From an uncultured virus (IMG/VR IMGVR_UViG_3300023292_000006) (Duplodnaviria > Heunggongvirae > Uroviricota > Caudoviricetes): a stretch of DNA of 64,000 nucleotides. Shown here one piece after another: positions 53,437 through 63,775 of the stretch (position 1 is the stretch's first letter; every line of letters starts with the position of its first letter). Where the stretch lies: IMG/VR virus record IMGVR_UViG_3300023292_000006. One strand, 5' to 3'. A model generated the notes under the pieces. The model did not search any database and had not been told where the DNA came from. It was given only the letters and a program-made list of their open reading frames with translations. Position numbers and translations under genes: made by a program.

Positions 53437-53662
53437 CTCTATACGACATATCCAACCTCATCTTTGCCTTTTGGTCATCCTTACATACAACACACGTATG
53501 TCTATCATATACATAAAATTCATGTTTAATAGATTTGAATAGTTTACATCTTTTACATCTAGTCTTGGTTGGGTCCAACTCATCTATTAGATCTTGTTGA
53601 TCCACATTTAAACCTCCTTTTAGTTTAAGAAACTCCCTTTTGAGTTTCTTAGTTGTTATCAA
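53423..53662 (-). CDS. DPD-leader Zn-finger family
   Basis: QDLIDELDPTKTRCKRC..CVVC. Confidence 0.8.
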   Translation of the reverse strand: MITTKKLKREFLKLKGGLNVDQQDLIDELDPTKTRCKRCKLFKSIKHEFYVYDRHTCVVCKDDQKAKMRLDMSYRGGDG

Positions 53663-53766
53663 CCAATTCTACATGGACCCTCAACCTCTTTCCATCTAAT
53701 TCTTCACTCACTATTTCATCACAAACAAATTCACATGTATTCCCATCTATAATTGTTATACCATCT

Positions 53767-53958
53767 TCAACCTGTCCATAATCCTGCATTCTTTAACCTT
53801 CGATGTTCTTCTAAACATTCAGGGGCCAATTTTGGTATACATATTGTGGACACCACAGATCTTTGATAAATAGTATCCTTAGAGTCCATATATCTTAAAC
53901 ATATATCACACTTGATCTTGTCAGGATCCAGTTCACCAATTATCTGGTTTGTGTCCAC
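53767..53958 (-). CDS. DPD-leader Zn-finger family
   Basis: QIIGELDPDKIKCDIC..C. Confidence 0.8.
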   Translation of the reverse strand: MDTNQIIGELDPDKIKCDICLRYMDSKDTIYQRSVVSTICIPKLAPECLEEHRRLKNAGLWTG

Positions 53959-54142
53959 TTTGTACCTTCTCTCGTTCTATGCCCAGGCATTCGGAACATA
54001 CTGGTAGTTTACCAAATAGACTCAACTTTAACTCATCTATTGGGTAATACTTGAAACAGTATCTGCATTCTACCATGTCAGGATCTAACTCATTTATTAT
54101 CTTTTGTTTGTCCATTGTTACACCGTATATGTGTTGAGGCAT
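53933..54142 (-). CDS. DPD-leader Zn-finger family
   Basis: KIINELDPDMVECRYC..CSEC. Confidence 0.8.
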   Translation of the reverse strand: MPQHIYGVTMDKQKIINELDPDMVECRYCFKYYPIDELKLSLFGKLPVCSECLGIEREKVQSGHKPDNW

Positions 54143-54288
54143 TTATCACATTGTGTACAGACTATCATCTCACCAAGATATGTAGATGTTAGCTCATTTT
54201 TTGGAAAATACTTATGACAGTCTGTACACTTATCTTTATCTGGGTCTATCTCATCTATTCACCTTTTCTCATTTATTGGTTCACCCAT
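54118..54288 (-). pseudogene. DPD-leader Zn-finger family member with an in-frame TGA
   Basis: MGEPINEKR*IDEIDPDKDKCTDC..CTQC; TGA at 54259-54261. Confidence 0.6.
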
Positions 54289-54595
54289 TGGGATTTATGA
54301 ATAATTATCTACTCATCCACATCATCCAATTGGATAGTTGGGAGAAGACGATTGTTGAAGTATCGACAGATCCTATCAAGCATATACAGAGATACACCAT
54401 TATTAGCTATTGCCCTATCCACCAGTTCACCCAAGAATTGTGATGAGTTATTCTTTGGTATCTCATGAAGAACTTCTTCTATAGCTATCCAGTCTTCTGT
54501 ATCCTGATGAGGATCCAGATCAAGAAGAGTTTCTATTTCATTGACATAATTCATAATATCTATGAGATGTTTTGCTCTCGTTTGGGGGTTTCGTA

Positions 54596-54814
54596 TTACT
54601 GGCATGATTTAACTCCTTCGGATTTTCGTATTGAATTTTTACTATTTATCATTGCTTCTCGCATTATCGACTCATAAAAATACTCACCACATTGTCCGCA
54701 TAGTTTCATCCCTTCACTCATACAATTAGATTCATCACTAGTAAATGAACCACCACAATCCTCACATTTATGTATTGTCGGATCCAACTTTTTGATGATG
54801 TCTTCTGCTGTCAT
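54596..54814 (-). CDS. DPD-leader Zn-finger family
   Basis: EDIIKKLDPTIHKCEDC..CGQC. Confidence 0.8.
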   Translation of the reverse strand: MTAEDIIKKLDPTIHKCEDCGGSFTSDESNCMSEGMKLCGQCGEYFYESIMREAMINSKNSIRKSEGVKSCQ

Positions 54815-55615
54815 ACTCTTTCCATATACTATTGACTTCTACCCCCGCATCTATAACATAGTCAGTACCAAGTACATCAACATTTTTGGTTATGAATTTT
54901 TTAACTCTACCTACAGAATTTTGGATGAGTTCGTCTTGTTCCCCATATTCACTCATGGACTTAACAAGATCTATCATCTTAGCTATATGATTCTTCGCTT
55001 TCTTTAGGTGGTCGTTTTGTTTTGATTTTTTCATGTATTTCATTTCCGCAGTTGAAGCATTCTAAATATATTATTCCATCACCATGTTGCTCATACATTA
55101 ATGAATTACATTTCTTACATTTGGTTGATGATTCTACAGGTTCACACCCATCACAACCCACTCTACCACAGTTAACACAATATTCTCTACTCATTGGTCA
55201 CATTCCTTATTATCCGATTTGGATAATTTCGTAATTTGTTTAATTTCACGAGCACAAAATTGCATTACACGGTTCATGACAAATAGAATTATTACATGTA
55301 TTACAATAAAGAACCCACGTCGGTCAACCACAAGCTCACTGGAATCATTATCCTGCATCAGATGTTCCTTGTTATAGTTAGACTATCAAATGTACTGGTT
55401 GTAAGAAACATTCTGGTGGTACATCCTGTACATTTATATCTATACTTTTGTTTTGGATTAACATCCTCACTGAATTTTCATCTGTTGATTTATCATCTTC
55501 TACTATGATATCATATGTATCCCCACACGCACCACAAGATATTCTCAACAATTGCTTATTCTTGTTAAGGATTATCTCAATCGGTTCGCTGTAGAACTCT
55601 TTCTTAACATCTGGT

Positions 55616-56002
55616 TTATCCATCTTTATCCTCCACTACTATTAATTCCAAATCCTTGAATGGGATTGTTTCCATATATCTATAGTATCCCCCACAATGA
55701 GGATCTTCTACCATTGATAAAGGATCTAATTTCATAGACTCCACTTTAAATGTGATGATATCTTCCATGTCCATGTCTGTTATTGTGCATGTGTTAAACT
55801 TAAATGAGTTAACCATAGTTAAGTTTACCTCACAGCACCTTACAAAAGAGACCGATTCACCTGCGCGGTCTGATAAATATATTCCTTCAGTTGACCACGC
55901 ATACATCTTTATAAGAGAGTTTGTTATCAATCCCTTCTCTTTAATTGAAGGTAAAAACTTCCTTATCGTTGAATGATATAGTATAGCTGGTATAACCATC
56001 AT
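55616..56002 (-). CDS. Tpt1/KptA-like (ADP-ribosyltransferase-fold) protein
   Basis: LYHST....PSIKEKGL..IYLS..IP. Confidence 0.5.
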   Translation of the reverse strand: MMVIPAILYHSTIRKFLPSIKEKGLITNSLIKMYAWSTEGIYLSDRAGESVSFVRCCEVNLTMVNSFKFNTCTITDMDMEDIITFKVESMKLDPLSMVEDPHCGGYYRYMETIPFKDLELIVVEDKDG

Positions 56003-56544
56003 GTTTCCTTTTCAATTAGGTCGTACACCTTATCAAGTTCTTCCTGTGTATGTACAACACCTCCTGAGTTTAGTTGTAGATACCATTCCATCACATCCTT
56101 ACGAGTTTTGAGATTATTAACTTTAAACTCAAAGGATGCTTGTGATGATCTTAACAAACGTTTGGGATCATCAAAGTCATCAAGTAAATTACCATTAAAG
56201 ATAGGTAACTCGTTATGAATGAATTTCATAACTGCCTCAAGTCTTTGTTTCCCATCAACAAGTACCATCAATCCTTTATATGATCCTTGCCATCCCGGAT
56301 GGTTAAATAATAATGTTCTTGATGATTGCCCACCCTTTAAACAGAATTCAACAAATGCAATCTGTTTGTCTTCAGTCCAAACGTGACCTCTCTGAAAGTC
56401 TGGATTAAGATCTAATCCCAGATTTCCATCAATTTCATCACTTCGCCCATCCCACCTATCTAATGTACGTTCAAGGTGATTCCATCCAGAAGTGACACAA
56501 TAATTCGGAGGTCTAAAAAATTTAGGTATATCAACTACTTTCAT
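55999..56544 (-). CDS. DUF262 (ParB/Srx-like, GmrS-type) domain protein
   Basis: LNPDFQRGHVW, LVDGKQRL, LNSGG. Confidence 0.85.
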   Translation of the reverse strand: MKVVDIPKFFRPPNYCVTSGWNHLERTLDRWDGRSDEIDGNLGLDLNPDFQRGHVWTEDKQIAFVEFCLKGGQSSRTLLFNHPGWQGSYKGLMVLVDGKQRLEAVMKFIHNELPIFNGNLLDDFDDPKRLLRSSQASFEFKVNNLKTRKDVMEWYLQLNSGGVVHTQEELDKVYDLIEKET

Positions 56545-57290
56545 TTCATATTCCTTAAGATTTGTTTTACTTCACTTTTTAAATCTATTACGTCGTAACT
56601 CTTACTTTTCTTAAATCCTCCGTATGGATGAATATTGATTATTCTACATATTACCGGTATAGTTGGATCCAAGTAGCCTTCTCGTTTTAGTAAATTGGCA
56701 TATATTAAAAGCTGCAATGAATAATGTACATGGTTGCAATTATCCAGGTGGGAAAGGATTCCGAATCCCTTAGAATGATATGGATCAAACATTTCTATTG
56801 TCTTACTTGTTTTCCAATCTATGATTATATACTGGTTATTAATCGAGTCATAGAAAACACAATCCACTGTACCAGCTATCTTTAAATCAGGCGAGAATAA
56901 GACCTTCTCACTATAAATCAACTCGAGTGATTTCTTTTGAATGGCATTTAGTATATTTTCAATGCTGCGTTTATAATACTTATCTATTTTTGGCAAATTG
57001 GGTAGGTTGGTTAATCGGGCATGCATATAATCATGAACCCTAGACCCATTCTCCCCAGCATCATCACATATCTTTTTCCATTTATCCAATAAGGATTGTT
57101 TAGTAACCCCACGTTTGATAGCACACTCGGTTGCCATTTCTTCTGTATTGAATTCAGGGAAATACTTTCCATATAATGTAGTGACTGGTATATAATCACT
57201 ATCTAGATTGTCAGTATATGTATGATCAACATCATTAAAATATAATGTGTTGTTACTAGTTGGGTGTTTGATCATTATGATGGAAGCCAC
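56541..57290 (-). CDS. PD-(D/E)XK exonuclease (Cas4/RecB-like)
   Basis: GSRVH, SE, IAGTVDC, IIDWKT, HYSLQL..Y. Confidence 0.85.
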   Translation of the reverse strand: MASIIMIKHPTSNNTLYFNDVDHTYTDNLDSDYIPVTTLYGKYFPEFNTEEMATECAIKRGVTKQSLLDKWKKICDDAGENGSRVHDYMHARLTNLPNLPKIDKYYKRSIENILNAIQKKSLELIYSEKVLFSPDLKIAGTVDCVFYDSINNQYIIIDWKTSKTIEMFDPYHSKGFGILSHLDNCNHVHYSLQLLIYANLLKREGYLDPTIPVICRIINIHPYGGFKKSKSYDVIDLKSEVKQILRNMK

Positions 57291-57798
57291 TAGAGAAGAA
57301 TAAGACTCCTCTAGTGACCTTTATTCCAATTATCCGTGGAACATCCCACAGTCAGGACACATCCCCTCAATTTGTTCTCGTAGGGTCATATGTCGTATTT
57401 CAGACAGTATGTCTTCGATATTAATAGACGGTGGATCAACATGTCCAATAGTAGCTACAATTCTAGATGAACATACTGGACATTCAAATAATATTCCAAC
57501 TTCAGTCCCGCGTTCCACAAGCTCTCCATCGTCCTCAGTTAGTTCTATTGTGGATTTACAATGTGAGCACCTAACTTTGTATTTCTTCAACTCTTGTGGC
57601 GGTTCTTTTCGGTCTAGTACTTTGATAGCCATTTGGCATATCCTCTCTTTGTGTTACGGAATCAGTTATTGATTCTAAATAGGTTTACTCATAACGATAA
57701 CATTACTCATCCCATAAGTCATATCCTTCTAGTGTTATTTTTCGTATAAATTCTTTCTTGTAGTTTTGTGGTTGGTGGTTTATCTTTATATACCATAA

Positions 57799-58488
57799 TT
57801 AATCATCCCAATACATGAGCGGATTCTCCCACTCTGGTTTATTATCTTTCATCCATTGTTTAACAACTGTCTCATTCTCATCTGATTGCTTTATCCATAG
57901 TAGACGTGCTTTTTCATTTTCATCTGAACCTTTAACTCCAACACTCCTAACAATAATATCAGTTCGGAATATATCCTTACCAGTAGCTGAATCAACAACA
58001 CAATCAGCCTCAAATAAGTCATTGGGTCGTTTGATATCATAATTATATTCTTTGAGACCATGCCGATCCATGTATAATTTACTATCCATATGATACCTGT
58101 TATGGATATTAGTAAACGCATCCCTATCATAGAACGCGGCTTTATAGAAGATGCTTAGGCGTTTACGGCCCTGATCATCAACAACATCAGACCACATATC
58201 ATGATCAGTTGCTACTTTCTTCCATCCTTTTGGCATAGTTACATCACGAAACAATTCATCACCGACAGCTTTATCTCCCCACACGAAACCTAATGCTTCA
58301 AGAACTCTTTCACCATTTGGGTGATGATTGAACTTGATAGGGAGTTGATCACTATTTACCAAACTATTCTGACCTCTAGACTCTTGGTCAGTAATGGATT
58401 TACTTGGATCAACGGGAAATCCCGCTAGTGCCATTCTCATATCCATCAGTATAGGTGCATCGCCTTCATTCAATACTCGTTGTGTCAT
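57799..58488 (-). CDS. Conserved phage hypothetical protein
   Basis: P.GW...TDH.MWS...D..GR.R..IFYKAAFYDR.A motif. Confidence 0.55.
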   Translation of the reverse strand: MTQRVLNEGDAPILMDMRMALAGFPVDPSKSITDQESRGQNSLVNSDQLPIKFNHHPNGERVLEALGFVWGDKAVGDELFRDVTMPKGWKKVATDHDMWSDVVDDQGRKRLSIFYKAAFYDRDAFTNIHNRYHMDSKLYMDRHGLKEYNYDIKRPNDLFEADCVVDSATGKDIFRTDIIVRSVGVKGSDENEKARLLWIKQSDENETVVKQWMKDNKPEWENPLMYWDD

Positions 58489-58504
58489 TTATTCCTCGTT
58501 CGGT

Positions 58505-58696
58505 TTATAACATTTCCTGATCTTTGGATAACATATCATCTATACATTTTGGGCATACATGAACCATGCCGCCTCCACCATTTTTTAATGATACATGAAC
58601 AAGTTTGGCTTCTTCTATATCAAAATACTTCTTACATAGAAAACATGGGTGTTGATCCGGATCTAGCTCTGCTATAATAATATCTAGTTTATTCAT
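58505..58696 (-). CDS. DPD-leader Zn-finger family
   Basis: IIIAELDPDQHPCFLC..CPKC. Confidence 0.8.
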   Translation of the reverse strand: MNKLDIIIAELDPDQHPCFLCKKYFDIEEAKLVHVSLKNGGGGMVHVCPKCIDDMLSKDQEML

Positions 58697-59740
58697 CCAT
58701 AACTTCTAAGTGATACCCACTGGTTGCACGTATTTGATAACCATCATCAAATTCAACACTAACATAAGAAAAATCCTTATGATCATCACCTCTGACATTA
58801 ATACATGAGACTGTAGCTATCTTATTCTCATGAGACATGAGTTCATCAAATTCTTCTTGTGACAACCCCCAATCATCAGCATTACATATATCTATATTGG
58901 TAAATTTTACCCTCTGCCCCTTTATTAAGTTATGGCTGTGTTGGTTCTTTAAGATGGTATTTGCGTATCGTGTTATGATATCTATACCATATTCGCTAGA
59001 TTTACAATCTGGATAGTGACCCCATATTTCCATTCCGAAATGAGGATGTGGCCCATCTATCTCTGCATGACCAAGAATTCTTATCCTATCTGATGATAAC
59101 ATAGCATCCCACAAATCTGCCTTGACTTTGAGTTTTGCATTCACTTGCTCAAGTAGCACATACCTTTTCAGTAACTCAGTATGGGATGCGATATCCTTTA
59201 ATTCTTCATCTAAGCTCATCGTGTTTCCTTCGGTTTAGTTTTGGGAAAGAATTGTTTGGCAAATGGATTGCATAGTAATTTACAAACCATCCTTCTCTTA
59301 TGGTAATCCCACAGGTACAAAGATCTTTTCTCATTATCTGGATCAAACCCATAATGTAGTTTGAATCTCATTTCATTAATCTCTCTGCAAATTTGGTCTG
59401 TATATCTCTGGCCATTTGACCCATAAGTTCAAGAGATTCAATATTGAATCCGGTTATATGAATATACCCAGTTTCAGCAAATGGATCTCTTAAATGGAAT
59501 TTGACAGCTGCAATATATCTTTTACCGTCTTCTGGTTGATCCCAATTGATCCCGCAGTCAGGAAAGAATATTCCATGAGTAGAATTTACTGATGTTCTAT
59601 TTGTAGTTATATGAATTCCTGACTTGGTTTTATATGGAAGTAACTGTTGGAAGAACTTTTCAAAATGATAGTTGTATGCATCATATTGTCTTCTAGTCAT
59701 ATTGGTAAAATCCCATCCAGTAACTTCATCCTTTTTTATA

Positions 59741-59998
59741 TCACATACACTCATTTCTTTTGATCCTTCTATTTACTATGGGATTTTTATCTTTCTTATT
59801 CCAACTCTGTTTAAATTTTATACATTGACTACAAATTGGCCTACCATGAGCACCAGGTAATTCATAATCCTCATAGATATCTTCTCCATCTATATGGTAA
59901 TATTTCTTACATTCATGACATTGTATTTGATCTGGATCTAATACGTTAATTATTTCTTGTACAGCTGTCATATATACATGTCTCCACTTTGGAATCAA
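59741..59998 (-). CDS. DPD-leader Zn-finger family
   Basis: EIINVLDPDQIQCHEC..CSQC. Confidence 0.8.
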   Translation of the reverse strand: MIPKWRHVYMTAVQEIINVLDPDQIQCHECKKYYHIDGEDIYEDYELPGAHGRPICSQCIKFKQSWNKKDKNPIVNRRIKRNECM

Positions 59999-60143
59999 CT
60001 GAAAAATTGATAATAGTCACATCCCTCATGCCATAGTATTTCTTACATATACTACATAATCTTTTACCATCATTTCTGACTTCATCAATTATTGTATTGA
60101 TTTGATCCTGTTTGAAGTCATGGATCACCACGATCCACCCCAC
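59946..60143 (-). CDS. Divergent DPD-leader Zn-finger family member
   Basis: TIIDEVRNDGKRLCSICKKYY..C....C; the DP dipeptide is lost. Confidence 0.5.
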   Translation of the reverse strand: MGWIVVIHDFKQDQINTIIDEVRNDGKRLCSICKKYYGMRDVTIINFSVDSKVETCIYDSCTRNN

Positions 60144-60328
60144 AAACGTGGCCGCATTGCTCCAACATCTTTTCTAAAGTATTCATTACATTTACCTTTC
60201 TTACAAATAGAAAATTTAGTTTCTTTAACCGTGTAATGATACATCTTATCTTTATGTTTATGTCTACAACATTCCCAACACTGTGTTTGGTCTGGGTCTA
60301 GTTTAGATATTAGTTTTTCTGCATTCAT
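60125..60328 (-). CDS. DPD-leader Zn-finger family
   Basis: KLISKLDPDQTQCWEC..C....C. Confidence 0.8.
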   Translation of the reverse strand: MNAEKLISKLDPDQTQCWECCRHKHKDKMYHYTVKETKFSICKKGKCNEYFRKDVGAMRPRLWGGSW

Positions 60329-60375
60329 AATAAGGGTGGAGCCAGAGCTCTTTGTGAGTTAGCTCCCTTCTAATC

Positions 60376-60864
60376 TTATATGATTGGGTTACATGGTGGG
60401 TGACCAGCAGGGCTTGGATTTTTCTTCATGCTTGCTTTCGTCTGGCCAACTGTCAACCGTGGCACCTTTCGCCCTGATAGTCTACGAACATCGAAGTCAT
60501 AGGGTTCTATTAGTTCACCAGTCTTTTTAAGAGTTCCCTTTGGTTGGAGGAGTGCATGTATACAACCGTTGATGTGTAGAGTAATTGCTATCACGGTTCC
60601 TTTGAATCCACTTGCTTTATCTGTAGCAACAGTTCCCATCATCTCTAATGGTAGCTTAGTATCAGCTCTCTTCCCATGGATTACTCGCTCAGCAGTAATC
60701 CATATTGATTTAGTGGGATGTCCAGTTTCAGGGTTGAGACCCTTTGGCTGGAACAAGTAATGCTTAGTATCCTCCGTTATTTGGAAATGGGTCAGCATTC
60801 CTTCTGATCCACTTGCTTTATCTTGTACCTTTGTATTAAGTTCTATTAGGTTTAGTGTTTTCAT
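60376..60864 (-). CDS. Phage protein made of a tandem-duplicated DKASGxxG..QP domain
   Basis: 17-bp DNA repeat at 60606-60622 and 60807-60823 (201 bp = 67 codons apart). Confidence 0.6.
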   Translation of the reverse strand: MKTLNLIELNTKVQDKASGSEGMLTHFQITEDTKHYLFQPKGLNPETGHPTKSIWITAERVIHGKRADTKLPLEMMGTVATDKASGFKGTVIAITLHINGCIHALLQPKGTLKKTGELIEPYDFDVRRLSGRKVPRLTVGQTKASMKKNPSPAGHPPCNPII

Positions 60865-61102
60865 ATTTTTCCTTTGTATTGTTAATACTACTTCTAATTC
60901 TGATAGCTAATTCTGACACGCATTCGGGACAACTATCTTCTAGGAATCCTCCACCAGTGTAAACTTCCATTGGTTTAAATGTTTTGCATTGTCCACATTT
61001 TCTTTGACCAGGATCCAATTCTCCAATTATCTCATTTACTCCATATTTTTCTTTCATTAGTTGACCTTGATAACTGGATGTTCTTTTAAGTTTTTCTTGC
61101 AT
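60836..61102 (-). CDS. DPD-leader Zn-finger family
   Basis: EIIGELDPGQRKCGQC..CPEC. Confidence 0.8.
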   Translation of the reverse strand: MQEKLKRTSSYQGQLMKEKYGVNEIIGELDPGQRKCGQCKTFKPMEVYTGGGFLEDSCPECVSELAIRIRSSINNTKEKYENTKPNRT

Positions 61103-61383
61103 TTTTCATCATCCATACATTTATTCCAGTTAGGATGAGCATCTTTCTTATCTATGTATTTAAAACAAGTATAGCATTGGACCCTAGCAGGATCAAGACG
61201 ATTAATGATATCTTCTACACCCATCCATTCATCTGGTTCTAACTCTATGAATGATCCATCTGTTGGGGGATTATCTGCATTAAGAACACCCCAATCTGTC
61301 CGATCTTGTTGTTCTGCTTTCTTTATTGTCTCTTCTATATCTGGATGCGGTTTTTCCTTCTTGCGTCTTTTGAATATATTCAT
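61057..61383 (-). CDS. DPD-leader Zn-finger family (internal motif)
   Basis: DIINRLDPARVQCYTC..C.....C. Confidence 0.75.
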   Translation of the reverse strand: MNIFKRRKKEKPHPDIEETIKKAEQQDRTDWGVLNADNPPTDGSFIELEPDEWMGVEDIINRLDPARVQCYTCFKYIDKKDAHPNWNKCMDDEKCKKNLKEHPVIKVN

Positions 61384-61386
61384 ATC

Positions 61387-61872
61387 TCATTCTTTACTTT
61401 TTTGATAATCATCCACAAACCCACGGAGACGATTACCTGTAGGCAGCACACCTGAAAGAGATTTAATTTCCCACTGATGATGAGTTTTAAGCCATAGCAA
61501 GAAATCAAGAATGTCCATAGTATTATCCGGCATTTCTTCAATATGGGTTCTGAATCTGGTGTTGCTATTCATATGTCGCTCAGTACCAAACACCAATTCA
61601 TCAAGATCCTTGTTAGTGACTCTCTCATCATTTGAACCAATTGTCATCTTATAATTTTTTTGTACGTTAGCTAACACTGTCAACTCCTTGTTGTAACAAT
61701 CTAGACAATCACTATAAAAATGTTTAGCATCTTTAAATAATTCTATATCTTTATATTCGCCACATTCTGCACATAGAACCTTAGTAGGATCGAGTACACC
61801 AATTATCCTATGCACAGAGTTGTTTATCATGTTCATCTGCCTTATCTTGTAGTATTTCTGCACACCCCTCAC
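61387..61872 (-). CDS. DPD-leader Zn-finger family with C-terminal extra domain
   Basis: RIIGVLDPTKVLCAEC..CLDC. Confidence 0.75.
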   Translation of the reverse strand: MRGVQKYYKIRQMNMINNSVHRIIGVLDPTKVLCAECGEYKDIELFKDAKHFYSDCLDCYNKELTVLANVQKNYKMTIGSNDERVTNKDLDELVFGTERHMNSNTRFRTHIEEMPDNTMDILDFLLWLKTHHQWEIKSLSGVLPTGNRLRGFVDDYQKSKE

Positions 61873-62206
61873 AGAACCAACTACATTCTATATGGGACAT
61901 GTAAATAAGAATACTTGGTGGTCCAGTCATGAGCCATATGTTTTTTCTCTCTTCCCATTCTTCATCAAATGGTTTATATTTCTCGCATATATCACAAAAT
62001 CGTTGATCAGGATCTAACTCACCAATTATGAAATCAGCATGTTCGTCCTTCTTCAGGTCAATAGAGCATAAACCACAAATTAAAACATCTCTACCATCAT
62101 CTAGCATTACAGTGTTTGCAGATCTTAATTGACTGAATTCATGGCATTCATAACATTTAAATAAATTTGGATCTAAGTAGTCTATAATGTCTTGTGCTGT
62201 TATCAT
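61808..62206 (-). CDS. DPD-leader Zn-finger family, two fused units
   Basis: DIIDYLDPNLFKCYEC..CGLC and FIIGELDPDQRFCDIC..CEGC. Confidence 0.8.
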   Translation of the reverse strand: MITAQDIIDYLDPNLFKCYECHEFSQLRSANTVMLDDGRDVLICGLCSIDLKKDEHADFIIGELDPDQRFCDICEKYKPFDEEWEERKNIWLMTGPPSILIYMSHIECSWFCEGCAEILQDKADEHDKQLCA

Positions 62207-62447
62207 TTGTATTCATCTCCTTTCCTGTATAACCAATTCCTGGACTCTCTACGGCATTGTGGATGTCCAGCATAATCTTATCTTCTATCCGTCCCTTAAC
62301 CAGGCAGGGATAGCATGTGAACGTTAAATCAGCCGTTATCTCATCTTCTGGAATGAGTGTGCGGCATGGCTTCTTACATCTCCAACATATTACAATATGA
62401 GGGTCAATTTTATTAATGATATCAATGGTGTCCATATTCTCCCTCAC
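62157..62447 (-). CDS. DPD-leader Zn-finger family
   Basis: DIINKIDPHIVICWRC..CYPC. Confidence 0.8.
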   Translation of the reverse strand: MRENMDTIDIINKIDPHIVICWRCKKPCRTLIPEDEITADLTFTCYPCLVKGRIEDKIMLDIHNAVESPGIGYTGKEMNTNDNSTRHYRLLRSKFI

Positions 62448-62962
62448 TTGTTCATATGTTTTCGTTTCTTCTCATAGTAACCTTGTAGTCCCGCGCTTCC
62501 TTGCTCAATCTTAAAAATACAATACTTACAGAGATATTCTATATCTCTCTGATTACAATACTTACTGATCATTATTGAACATCTTATTTGTTCTTTGAAG
62601 AAATCAATATCTGATTGAATCCTGTCGAACCCGCAGTCACAATGATTACATATGATCCTATCCGGATCAATACGATCTATTAAGTCTTGTGCATCAGACT
62701 CGGTTTGTGAATCTCTACCACGGGCATCTCTCGCCTTTTTCTGTTGTGTAGTATATTCACCAATCTGACATTCCTCACATATCATTGTTTCTAGAGGGGA
62801 TATCTTCGATGACTCATGCACCATCAAATTAACATGTTTGTATTGTTGACACAATAAACAAAACCTTTGATCCGGATCGAGTTGTCCAATGATAAAATCA
62901 ATCCTCGAGATCTTCTTGGGTTGATATGTCATCTCCAATCCTTTCAATAATTTCATCCGCAT
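62444..62962 (-). CDS. DPD-leader Zn-finger family, two fused units
   Basis: FIIGQLDPDQRFCLLC..CEEC and DLIDRIDPDRIICNHC..CKYC. Confidence 0.8.
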   Translation of the reverse strand: MRMKLLKGLEMTYQPKKISRIDFIIGQLDPDQRFCLLCQQYKHVNLMVHESSKISPLETMICEECQIGEYTTQQKKARDARGRDSQTESDAQDLIDRIDPDRIICNHCDCGFDRIQSDIDFFKEQIRCSIMISKYCNQRDIEYLCKYCIFKIEQGSAGLQGYYEKKRKHMNK

Positions 62963-63202
62963 GCAAAGATGTGATAAACTCTTTTCGTTCCTCTGATGGA
63001 ACCATTTGAACTACTTGTCTAGTAAAATCTAGTAGTGAATCGAAATCGTGTCCCTCATCACAACCCTCATATAGATTCCCAATGAAACCAACTATGTCCT
63101 CCAATGTATTACTATGATTCGTCATAATCATTTCAGCCAATACACTAGCTTCAATATTCATACTGACATCATTCTCTAGATCCAAAAATAACTTAGACAT
63201 AT

Positions 63203-63394
63203 CTACCCCTTATATTCATGATCATCTGCACAATGGTTACACATTCTAACTATTATTATGTCTGGTTTCATTTGAATTATTATGTTATCACAATTCGTTA
63301 TATGACACCAATCCTTACATACTCCACATTTCTCCATATCTGGATCAATTGCTGATACAATATTATTGACGATCTTTGTATTCTTCACATTCAT
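63203..63394 (-). CDS. DPD-leader Zn-finger family
   Basis: NIVSAIDPDMEKCGVC..CNHC. Confidence 0.8.
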   Translation of the reverse strand: MNVKNTKIVNNIVSAIDPDMEKCGVCKDWCHITNCDNIIIQMKPDIIIVRMCNHCADDHEYKG

Positions 63395-63575
63395 TTATAT
63401 TCCTACATAATACCGTCCCCCAAGGATCCGTGTCCAAGAATTTCTTATCTATACTCCGTCCACATTCTTCACATATAAGAGTATCAGGATCTATCTTATC
63501 GATTATTTCACTAGCGGTAATATTTTTGCAAAATTTTGTATCTGTGACATTTTTGATAATTGTATTTGATGACAT
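63363..63575 (-). CDS. DPD-leader Zn-finger family
   Basis: EIIDKIDPDTLICEEC..CRNINEC. Confidence 0.8.
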   Translation of the reverse strand: MSSNTIIKNVTDTKFCKNITASEIIDKIDPDTLICEECGRSIDKKFLDTDPWGTVLCRNINECEEYKDRQ

Positions 63576-63775
63576 TCTCTCCTATTAATACATTTATAAA
63601 GTGTTGTATACCTTACCATAATTAGTTTATCTTTATGGATTTTTCGTTTACATTCGTTACATTCAAATAGATCAGGATCGATCTCTTCAATAATATCTAT
63701 AGCTGATTTTGAATTTGGTGAAAACTTCTCACTTATGCTTAACTGGGTTTTTAAGGTCACATGTGTACAATTCAT
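63503..63775 (-). CDS. DPD-leader Zn-finger family
   Basis: DIIEEIDPDLFECNEC..CINRREC. Confidence 0.8.
   Translation of the reverse strand: MNCTHVTLKTQLSISEKFSPNSKSAIDIIEEIDPDLFECNECKRKIHKDKLIMVRYTTLYKCINRRECHQIQLSKMSQIQNFAKILPLVK

Noticed and set aside
54309..54605. LDLDPH, and GFDPD in a short ORF near 59220-59370, as DPD-family members
   Set aside because: They lack the preceding II helix register and the correctly spaced CxxC, so they were not counted.
56541..57290. Cas4 as evidence of a CRISPR-Cas locus
   Set aside because: No Fe-S cysteine set, cas1/cas2 or array; it is an ordinary phage PD-(D/E)XK exonuclease.
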